Under the pieces are notes generated by a model, which saw only the letters and a program-made list of their open reading frames with translations, made no database searches and had not been told where the DNA came from. DNA of 64,000 nucleotides from a bacterium (lineage in GTDB: Bacteria > Patescibacteriota > Patescibacteriia > JACQRZ01): positions 1,062 through 65,061 of the forward strand of contig JAHFJA010000001.1 in the NCBI GenBank assembly GCA_023246095.1. The letters run 5' to 3'. The position numbers and the translations under genes are program-made. Below, piece after piece: positions 1 through 7,515 of this stretch (position 1 is the first letter of the stretch; each line of letters begins with the position of its first letter).

Positions 1-40
1 AAACTCCTCAGGCTTGATTTATTATACTTAACAGCGATTG

Positions 41-985
41 TTAGTTATTTCTCTTTTTCATGTTAGGAAAGAGCGTACTCATTGCAAAGCCTTTCATGTA
101 AGGCTGATCTTTTAAGGGCACTTGCTCATCAATATTCTTCAACAACGCATCAGCAAATAATGATTGTTGCCTTATATTTTTTTCATCCGTTGTTTGGGGA
201 GGTTCACCATATACTTTATCAAGTAGCGGTTCATACTCAGTATTAAATACTGCTTTAAAGCGTTCTTGATTTACATGTTTTGAACTCGGAAGTTTACCAT
301 TCCGAATTTCAATAATCGATGAAACGGTTTTTTTCATACGTTGTAATGCGACCTGATAACTTTCCCCTCCGTACTCTGCAAGTACTTTGTAGTTAAACTC
401 ATGGGCGCGCACTTCATCCAAAAAATATGCCTTTTCTTCAGGAGTATCAATGTCCTTATGAAGGATGAGCTGCTCATACGCATGGTATCCTTCGTGAGAA
501 AGAATGATTGCATTGGTCACTCTTGAATTCTTCGGTTCAGCTATGACCACTGTATGCTGATTAGAGTCATATATTGCAGTTGCAAATGAAAACGTTCCTT
601 CTTTAAGAAATCTCCATGATGTCGACTTCTTCAGAAAATTATCAGAGAAAGCAAGGATCGTTAGTGGACTTTTTTTCTTTCCTTGGTCCAACAAATAATA
701 ACCGCCTTCGCCATCATCATCAATAGGTACACTGACATCTGCTTGAAACAGCAAATCACGAACCGCTTGGAGATCTTTTGAGTGAACCTTCGTTGCGACC
801 AGATCAAAATCCTTTTTCCAAGATTCCCAAAGTTCCTTTACTTCCTTGTTTCGATCTATGGATACTGGTCTTAATTCTGGTAGCGTTGGAGGAGAGCTGG
901 GTTTTGGATTTACTTTTTCTTGAGACTTGAAGACAACAATGCATAATAACAACAAAATTCCGGCAACAATGAGTACTTTAGTCAT
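41..985 (-). CDS. Membrane-anchored hypothetical protein with an HExxH motif (HEGYHAYEQ); putative zinc metallopeptidase-like. Paralog of 55365..56159.
   Basis: N-terminal hydrophobic anchor (VLIVAGILLLLCIVVF). HExxH followed by E-rich helix and 'FLDEVRAHEF', shared with the 55365..56159 protein. Confidence 0.5.
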   Translation of the reverse strand: MTKVLIVAGILLLLCIVVFKSQEKVNPKPSSPPTLPELRPVSIDRNKEVKELWESWKKDFDLVATKVHSKDLQAVRDLLFQADVSVPIDDDGEGGYYLLDQGKKKSPLTILAFSDNFLKKSTSWRFLKEGTFSFATAIYDSNQHTVVIAEPKNSRVTNAIILSHEGYHAYEQLILHKDIDTPEEKAYFLDEVRAHEFNYKVLAEYGGESYQVALQRMKKTVSSIIEIRNGKLPSSKHVNQERFKAVFNTEYEPLLDKVYGEPPQTTDEKNIRQQSLFADALLKNIDEQVPLKDQPYMKGFAMSTLFPNMKKRNN

Positions 986-1083
986 CTTTATCCCCTTTCA
1001 ATGAGATTTTTAATAAATTTTAAGGTTCTGAAACCTGTGCTCAGGTTAGCATATTTTACTGTTTTTGTCAAGGTTAACGCCGT

Positions 1084-1188
1084 CAATTCGTTCTCCAAGT
1101 GCAACACCTCCCTAACTAAAAGGACATAGCGTTTTAGGGTACAGTAGAGGTTGTGATGGAATTCGTTCTCCAGGTGCAACAGTCCTAA
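1084..1188. repeat. Two imperfect 30-32 bp direct repeats, 75 bp apart, in the upstream region of the 41..985 gene.
   Basis: caattcgttctccaagtgcaacacctccctaa (1084-1115) vs gaattcgttctccaggtgcaacag-tcctaa (1159-1188). Confidence 0.5.
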
Positions 1189-1294
1189 TCCACGAGCGCG
1201 GCAAAGATGCCAAAGCCGCTTTGGGTGTTTACCTAGTTTCTTGCCCAAAAAAAGACTATTCCTCCAAAAAAACACAAAACAACACATATCTTTT

Positions 1295-1324
1295 AAAAAA
1301 TAAACCCCGCATTATTCAGCGGGG
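1295..1324 (-). terminator. Rho-independent terminator for the HicB-like gene.
   Basis: Stem ccccgc(1305-1310) / gcgggg(1319-1324) with an 8-nt loop. A-run 1295-1303 on plus strand gives a U-run on the minus transcript. Confidence 0.6.
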
Positions 1325-1515
1325 CCTTCCTTTGTTTCAATTATTTCGAAATGACCTGAAAGCGCTATGACTACTTTCCCCAGATTATCCTGGAGGAGAG
1401 CAGAGATAGCTCCTTCTTTTCTTTTGTCGACGCCTGTTACATTCGGCGAATCGGAAAAAAAGGCTTTCCACCCGCCGTACTTGGTGCGCGTTACCATGAT
1501 CTTTATCTTATCCAT
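1312..1515 (-). CDS. HicB-like / UPF0150-family small protein (putative type II antitoxin).
   Basis: 67 aa. Pattern Y-GGW-A-F-D-P-V-G-G...EA...L resembles the HicB N-terminal RNase-H-like fold. No HicA partner seen. Confidence 0.45.
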   Translation of the reverse strand: MDKIKIMVTRTKYGGWKAFFSDSPNVTGVDKRKEGAISALLQDNLGKVVIALSGHFEIIETKEGPAE

Positions 1516-1610
1516 TTTTTACCCTTTTTTTCCTAAATCAGAATTACGATATGTAATAAACTTTGACTTGTACCTCAAATAAATATCCCTCACTTCTATA
1601 CTATATAGCA

Positions 1611-2147
1611 TTACTCTTTACGGGCACGCACTCTCATTACATGGCGATTCCTCAACCACAACCTTAGATGGTCAAATGACTGGAAATACCATGCCAACAC
1701 TTCGACTGGCAGCTTTAATGTTACCTGCTTAATTTGATGCACGAAGGTTAAAGACTTTGCATCAAACTTCACGCCATGTATCTCGTAGTGCTTGAACAAT
1801 CTGCTCGCGTAGAATGCCATGGTAAATCTTCTGGAATATTCACAGAATATTACCAGCAGTTCCTCACTCACAAGAGATCCCATGCGTTCCATGTTGTCAC
1901 GAGCCGTAAAGGTATCCTCAATGAGAACGTATTCTACATCTGAAAAATCCCTCCGTCGCACAAACCAATTCAGCATTGCCCGGGCTTCGGTTAAATCAAG
2001 GCGATTAGTATAACCACCACAAAGATGCACTACACATTTCTCGGTTTGATGCGAATCAATAAACGTGCTCACCTCGCCGAGATAACGACAATAGTTACCG
2101 TCATCTACATTGTCCGTGGCACCGTAACCGTTAACAAATATCAACAT
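1611..2147 (-). CDS. DUF218 (YdcF/ElyC/SanA)-like protein.
   Basis: Motif VVHLCGGYTNRLDLTEARAMLNWF resembles the DUF218 core (vLVSGG...SEA.aM..yL). Confidence 0.4.
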   Translation of the reverse strand: MLIFVNGYGATDNVDDGNYCRYLGEVSTFIDSHQTEKCVVHLCGGYTNRLDLTEARAMLNWFVRRRDFSDVEYVLIEDTFTARDNMERMGSLVSEELLVIFCEYSRRFTMAFYASRLFKHYEIHGVKFDAKSLTFVHQIKQVTLKLPVEVLAWYFQSFDHLRLWLRNRHVMRVRARKE

Positions 2148-2511
2148 CGAACCCCCTCAGATCGTGACGATCTTCAACCTTGAGAACTATCAGATCGTTT
2201 TTTGATAGTCCCAGCATTTGCAAAAATGAATCAACATCACTCTCATACTTTTCTTGTTCATGTTTATATGCATCGATAGTATCCTTATCTGGTCCCTCTT
2301 CGGTGACACCCGCATCTTTTATGCTCTCAATAATCTGATTTTTTTCTACGGGAGTAATAAGACCATCCTTTTCCACCAACTCAAGTACTATTCGTGCGTA
2401 GTTGAGTGAAAATATCGGATCAGTGCACTTATCGTTGGTAAAATAAACATACCCGTGAGGTATGGCATTTCCACATTTACATACGCGGAATTCGTTTTTC
2501 TCAATGACCAT
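2131..2511 (-). CDS. Hypothetical protein; stop overlaps the start of 1611..2147 (translationally coupled).
   Basis: 126-aa ORF with a 17-bp overlap with the downstream gene. Confidence 0.4.
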   Translation of the reverse strand: MVIEKNEFRVCKCGNAIPHGYVYFTNDKCTDPIFSLNYARIVLELVEKDGLITPVEKNQIIESIKDAGVTEEGPDKDTIDAYKHEQEKYESDVDSFLQMLGLSKNDLIVLKVEDRHDLRGFDVDIC

Positions 2512-2658
2512 GACATTCTCCTTTTATTTTCAATAATGTACGCCACATTCAGCGCAATGAGCCAATTCCACCACAAAAACACTGCTTTGTCAACACCATT
2601 TGGGTGAAACCGAAGGTTATGTACGAAATACTTACAAAACGCCCTGTGACACTATCGC

Positions 2659-3114
2659 TTACCTATCTTTCATCAATTTCTCAATTGATTCATAGTGCTT
2701 AGTCTGCGAAACCTGACGTTCTGAGGATTTACGGTGGATAATATGGAGGTCCATAGTGCTCACTATCCTCTTCCATCCGATCGGTTGCTCGTGAATAGTT
2801 CCTTGATAACGAATTTTTTTATTGTTTTTGAAAAACCTGATTTGCCGATCAGGATATGCTGAAGTTTGTTTACCGTCAATATAGTTTTTACGGGGAAACG
2901 CAAAGGAGTCCGCTTTGATATTATTTTCGGTAAAATGCCGAAGCTCCTTCAGAAGCTTTTCCTCGTATACTTCATCTGCATCCATAACTAAAATCCAATC
3001 TCCTTTGGCGCGCTTCAGACTGATATTCCTTTGTTGAGAAAAATCCTCTTTCCACGGACGTACTATGATGTTTGCTCCAAATTTTTTTGCAATATCTACT
3101 GTTTTATCTTTAGT
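2659..3114 (-). pseudogene. 5'-truncated family-2 glycosyltransferase (GT2) remnant.
   Basis: Minus-strand frame reads TKDKTVDIAKKFGANIIVRPWKEDFSQQRNISLKRAKGDWILVMDADEV... (DxD motif). An in-frame stop lies immediately 5' at 3115-3117. No IPTYNE-type N-terminal Rossmann segment in any frame upstream. Confidence 0.55.
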
Positions 3115-3232
3115 TTACCGTACCAAATATTCATCAGACTCACAAGAACTCAAGCATTCCTTTTGCCTTCCCCGGCTAAAACAAACAAAAAGCACCGCAT
3201 ATTACTGGGTGCCTATTTATTCATCAAACGTT

Positions 3233-3649
3233 TTATTTCAAAAGCGCTATCGCTACCACACCGGCGGCAACTCCAGCCCACTGCTTGAGTGTAAGCCCTA
3301 CTCCGAGAATAGGGATACTCAATAGTGAAGCTGCCAATACGGAGCTGATTGAGACTAACGCTACAAACACACCGGCGGGAATACTCGGATCAGTAACCTT
3401 TTCCGAATATAGATAGCATCCTATCCCATTGAGTAGTCCTGCAAACACCAATATTAGAATTGCATTGCGAGAAATAGCCTGATGTCCAAATTGACCAGAT
3501 ACCAGCGACCAAATCGCAAGCGTACCGAAAGTTACAGCAAAGACGATTGTTCCCGTCCATGCGCCTCCAACCCCTGAAAAACGCGCAATGATAGGCCATG
3601 CGAAGCATGAACCGATTAATACCGCCCAACCAACAGTAGTTATACCCAT
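3233..3649 (-). CDS. Small multi-TM membrane protein, EamA/DMT-like.
   Basis: 138 aa, 4-5 predicted TM helices rich in G/A/L/V. Confidence 0.4.
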   Translation of the reverse strand: MGITTVGWAVLIGSCFAWPIIARFSGVGGAWTGTIVFAVTFGTLAIWSLVSGQFGHQAISRNAILILVFAGLLNGIGCYLYSEKVTDPSIPAGVFVALVSISSVLAASLLSIPILGVGLTLKQWAGVAAGVVAIALLK

Positions 3650-3668
3650 TTTTCTCCTCCTAAAAGCT

Positions 3669-4166
3669 TTACATTATAGAACCGTCATCTTCAAAATCAT
3701 TTGCGGAAAGTCGTCGAACCGCAATGCGAAGACATTTTTTATCAAAACCTTTCGTTAGCGGATGCAAAGTAAGCTGGGCAACACCATTATCTGTTTTCAG
3801 AACTACCACGCATAGCTCCCCGTTTCCATTAATGATTTTTTTACCAGGATTCACTAACCAGTGATCTTTAAATAGTTTTTCGGGGATTTGTAGCATTGTT
3901 GGTCCATCAGGCCAGTGTGACCACGAGGTATCATTAAACCAAGTGTCGCATTGTTCAGTCGTGTGGATTTCTATATCTATAGGGATAGCTTTGTAAATCA
4001 GTATTCCCAAGGACGGATCTCCGCAAAAATTTTCTTCGTTGATAGAGGGATCTATCACCTTCTTTGAGTCCTTGATTTGATCAAGAAACGGTAAGGTGTA
4101 ATCCACCCTAAACACTCTAGGGTCACTCCTAGAAACCTTCACTGGTCTTGTATCTACATCGAACAT
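3669..4166 (-). CDS. Hypothetical protein.
   Basis: 165-aa ORF with no recognised motif. Confidence 0.4.
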   Translation of the reverse strand: MFDVDTRPVKVSRSDPRVFRVDYTLPFLDQIKDSKKVIDPSINEENFCGDPSLGILIYKAIPIDIEIHTTEQCDTWFNDTSWSHWPDGPTMLQIPEKLFKDHWLVNPGKKIINGNGELCVVVLKTDNGVAQLTLHPLTKGFDKKCLRIAVRRLSANDFEDDGSIM

Positions 4167-4431
4167 TGTTTTTCCTCCTTTAGAAAAAACTTATAATTGT
4201 AAAGGTGCCTCTCTTGAGATGGTCTCCAAAAAAACTTTTGGTTCACCTTTTTCTTGTTTGGCAGTTTGCCATATTTATACCGTTTTGTCAAGCATACTCT
4301 CGACAGTCGATAGATGACCGTTTGTTGCATCATATACCTCGCTATCGCAATAATAATACTTTGAAGTGGCGTTGGATCCCAAAACAAAAAACACGCCTGA
4401 AGGGCGCATTTCTGCTAGCATCTGCTCACAA

Positions 4432-4576
4432 CTGTCTCTCTTGAACAAAATCCGAACTTTTTTTCAAGAGAATCCAGACGCGGAATTTTGATGCGCCTCC
4501 ATTATCCGCCAACTGGCGGAGACGGACGCCGGATTGGTACATGGCGGAATTCCCCCCACACCCCCCTTCCGCCATG
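4432..4576. repeat. IR-A: left copy of a 145-bp perfect inverted repeat; partner at 9917..10061.
   Basis: Reverse complement of 4432-4576 is identical to 9917-10061. Internal palindromes catggcggaa...ttccgccatg and ccgccagttggcgg; G6TGTG6 tract. Confidence 0.9.
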
Positions 4577-4642
4577 TTTTTGTATTACTAACAATATGCT
4601 TTTTGAGGAGAGTTTGCAAGAAGGCTATCAATGTTATTAAAA

Positions 4643-5260
4643 CTATCTACGCCATGGTGCAGGTGTCACGTCAAAAGTTGTCTGAGAGACGCCTCTTGGA
4701 AATTTCTCCATCATCGTTTTAAATATCACATCAAACACCTTTTCTGCCACATGTAAATTTAAATCATTAAAAATTTTATGTTCATCTTTATCAAGTTTAT
4801 TTTTTGTATTTTGAATATGAAGACGATTACGAACATCCCGCAAAAATTCTAGTGCTGTATAAAAATTTTTTGGTTGTTCAAAAAAATTATATTTCCTAGC
4901 TGTCGCTATGTAATGTTCAAATTTCTCAAGCTTCTTTTTTCGAAACTCAGCAACTTCTGTTTTGGTGACATTTGGTAGTTTGTCAGAAACATGTTCTTGA
5001 ATACGATCTACAAAATCATCCAGGAAGCACTCAATAATGGCGACAATCACCAGCATTATTGGTTTATTGAAATGCATCTTCCTTAAAGGAGGACTATCAT
5101 TTTTTGCATCATACAGCGTCCACAATATTTCCATATTATACAAAATGTTATCACCCTTTTTGAAGCTCCAAATAAAAGTAAAAATTGCTTTTGAAATTAA
5201 ATCTCGCTCTGATGATGTCATAAAATAAGTTAATGTGGTATAGAATACTATGTTTCTCAA
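4643..5260 (-). CDS. Hypothetical alpha-helical protein, possible HEPN-like (Rx6H: RDVRNRLH). Cargo of the IR-bounded element.
   Basis: 205-aa ORF, AT-rich. Motif LRDVRNRLHIQN. No other recognisable domain. Confidence 0.35.
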   Translation of the reverse strand: MRNIVFYTTLTYFMTSSERDLISKAIFTFIWSFKKGDNILYNMEILWTLYDAKNDSPPLRKMHFNKPIMLVIVAIIECFLDDFVDRIQEHVSDKLPNVTKTEVAEFRKKKLEKFEHYIATARKYNFFEQPKNFYTALEFLRDVRNRLHIQNTKNKLDKDEHKIFNDLNLHVAEKVFDVIFKTMMEKFPRGVSQTTFDVTPAPWRR

Positions 5261-5400
5261 GGCTTATCACACACATTATAAAGAAACTATCACGACAGGA
5301 ATAGACCACGGGTCTCTATATTGCTTATATACAACCGTGACAACTAAACTCTAGTTTAACCCTTATTTTATAAGCTTTTTTAACATTGCCTCTATTGCCT

Positions 5401-6882
5401 CTAAAAACCGAGTGTGTAATAAATATTGGTTGATGCACCGTGAGGTTTTATTACACCAGACTCTTTGAGATCCCGAAGGTCTTTATTTATGGTCGCTCTT
5501 GGTGTCTCCTTTAGAATCTTTTGACAATCACTAACTGTAAGCTTTCCCTTGATAAGCAATGAGTCAATAATTTTTATCTGACGTTCATTAATATTATGAT
5601 GTTTTGAACCAAGTAGTATTGCTTCAAAACTATTTACAGAATTTCTAAACAACGGCTCGGGTAAACCCCAATCAGACATTTTCTTTATGACTACATCAAT
5701 ACCACGACCATATTCTTCCAAATATCGCATATCTTTCAACCTCGCAGCAACCATGGAATTGCGACTGAATTGTGCTTCCTTAAGATTATCTACCGTGACA
5801 CCTGGAGGAAGTGAGCCAGGATTGGCAATTTCTATGCGATCTTGAAATACACGAATTTGTGTATATGTTTCAATAATTTTGTAATCACGATGAATAATAG
5901 CATTCGCTATTAACTCTCTAATAGCTTCTTCTGGGTATTCATACCGTTCAACACGTTTAGTACCCTCGATCACTGCATTTTTAGCAATATTTTTTAAAAC
6001 AAATTTATATACTTCATCAATTTGTGAATCAAGCGTACCAGCTATGTCTACTGCATCAATAATTTTAGAAGATGGATCACTACCAGCATAACGAATGCAA
6101 CGAATTACATAACGATCATATGGGCTTTTGTTTTGAGGTATCGCTTTTGCAAAAATCAGATAACCTCCGATAGTTGGTTTATATTGACCATCAAAAGATG
6201 CAATAATATTTAAATTTTCAAGCGTCACATCATCCACGGTAGGTGTAGCACCTCTTTGTATCTGTTCTTCACTTTGCTCGAGAAGTTTAATCACTTTTTC
6301 CTTTGCAATGTCTTCCTTGTTTGTATTCCGTGCCTCTGATAAATCAAATTGGAATTCCTTTGAAGTTGCAACGTAGGTCCTAAATTCATTATCAGTAATT
6401 TTCCTACTAGTATTACCCTCTCGAATATATGCACCATTAGGGAGCCCAATAGGACTAAAGTAACAGGGCATATAGTCTTTTGGACACTCAGGCACAAAGA
6501 CAGCTAATATAGTGACTCCTTCATACTCAATAACATGATATTCTGGCCGTAAAACAAAGCTCATTTTATCATTGAAATACTGCGTTAATTTCGTCTGCAT
6601 TTGGTCTAAATTCGTACAGCCAGTGACTTCATTTTTTTCTTGGTTCACTCCAAACACGACAAGACCCCCACCCCGACGATTAGCAAAAGCAGAGATAGTC
6701 CTCCAAATATCATTTGGAATATTATTTTTTGCGGTCTTAAACTCAAGGTCAGACAACTCACTTGATATTTCTAAACCGTATTTTATTTTTTTAAGTATTT
6801 CATCGTTTGTCATAAAACTATTTTTTGAACGTGCTATTTTTAGATGACCAATCCGTACACACAGAATGACCCGATCTGCCAA
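5401..6882 (-). CDS. AlbA_2 (Schlafen-like divergent AAA) + HATPase_c_4 + C-terminal wHTH protein; putative ATP-binding transcriptional regulator, RecG-C-terminal-like.
   Basis: N-terminus LEFKTAKNNIPNDIWRTISAFANRRGGGLVVFGV is typical of AlbA_2. Central GHKL-like region. C-terminal HTH (KLTVSDCQKILKETPRATINKDLRDLKESGVI). Confidence 0.65.
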   Translation of the reverse strand: MADRVILCVRIGHLKIARSKNSFMTNDEILKKIKYGLEISSELSDLEFKTAKNNIPNDIWRTISAFANRRGGGLVVFGVNQEKNEVTGCTNLDQMQTKLTQYFNDKMSFVLRPEYHVIEYEGVTILAVFVPECPKDYMPCYFSPIGLPNGAYIREGNTSRKITDNEFRTYVATSKEFQFDLSEARNTNKEDIAKEKVIKLLEQSEEQIQRGATPTVDDVTLENLNIIASFDGQYKPTIGGYLIFAKAIPQNKSPYDRYVIRCIRYAGSDPSSKIIDAVDIAGTLDSQIDEVYKFVLKNIAKNAVIEGTKRVERYEYPEEAIRELIANAIIHRDYKIIETYTQIRVFQDRIEIANPGSLPPGVTVDNLKEAQFSRNSMVAARLKDMRYLEEYGRGIDVVIKKMSDWGLPEPLFRNSVNSFEAILLGSKHHNINERQIKIIDSLLIKGKLTVSDCQKILKETPRATINKDLRDLKESGVIKPHGASTNIYYTLGF

Positions 6883-6884
6883 GA

Positions 6885-7493
6885 TTATTTATCATTGATA
6901 CTTTCTGACAGATCATGCATCAATATTACCAAATCTGCTACAGTTATAAAGGAAGGAAATACCTCCTTACCAGCTAGTGTATTGTCAATTGTCTTATTGC
7001 GCCAAATGACCGGGGCATCAAGACAATGTTCAAAATAAAAACTATTATTATGAGCCGATCCATTTCGAATATGCTTAACAAATCTAAAAATGTCCTCTTT
7101 GACCCAATATTTGTGATACTTGGAATACAAAGTTATATCAGATATACCCACCATCATCATTCTTGCCTGCCAATTTATTAATGGTGATAAGTCTGCCTGA
7201 ACCCTAGCACCAGCAAATTTAACGCTTGCCCTTACGTTAAAATCCTGAATTGCACTTTGTGCGGCATATTTTATGACAGGCAATCCATTAAAATCGACAG
7301 AAAGTCCGAGTTCTAACATCCCTCTCTCTTTTTTATGGTGGTCAACTAAAACCCTCTGAAAATCTTTCATAACCATCATATTCATGCCAACAAAAAAGAA
7401 TCTAAAATTTTCTTCAATTGGTCTGAATATCTCATGAATAAATATTTCTTTATCTTGTATACCTGACATAATTTTTACAAATACTCTACGCAT
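6885..7493 (-). CDS. Hypothetical protein with a HEPN-like Rx4H motif (HIRNGSAHNN).
   Basis: 202 aa. R-N-x3-H motif with a polar residue after Arg, as in HEPN RNases. Immediately downstream of the AlbA_2 gene, with a 3-bp gap. Confidence 0.4.
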   Translation of the reverse strand: MRRVFVKIMSGIQDKEIFIHEIFRPIEENFRFFFVGMNMMVMKDFQRVLVDHHKKERGMLELGLSVDFNGLPVIKYAAQSAIQDFNVRASVKFAGARVQADLSPLINWQARMMMVGISDITLYSKYHKYWVKEDIFRFVKHIRNGSAHNNSFYFEHCLDAPVIWRNKTIDNTLAGKEVFPSFITVADLVILMHDLSESINDK

Positions 7494-7515
7494 TGTCTCT
7501 CACCATTTATCGATG

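Noticed and set aside
1084-1188. Possible mini-CRISPR
   Set aside because: There are only two copies with 4 mismatches, no cas genes and no further repeats.
988-1287. 99-aa minus-strand ORF spanning the direct-repeat region
   Set aside because: Its internal amino-acid repeats (LHLENEF / LHLENEL) simply mirror the DNA repeats. The region looks non-coding: terminator on one side, promoter region on the other.
3031-3325. Two overlapping plus-strand ORFs (85 and 86 aa)
   Set aside because: They are antisense to the GT2 fragment and to low-complexity AT-rich intergenic DNA, with no domain signal.
4534-4722. 62-aa ORF, with a 68-aa counterpart at 9918..10124
   Set aside because: Both lie inside the 145-bp inverted repeats and are artefacts of the repeat's G/C tracts.
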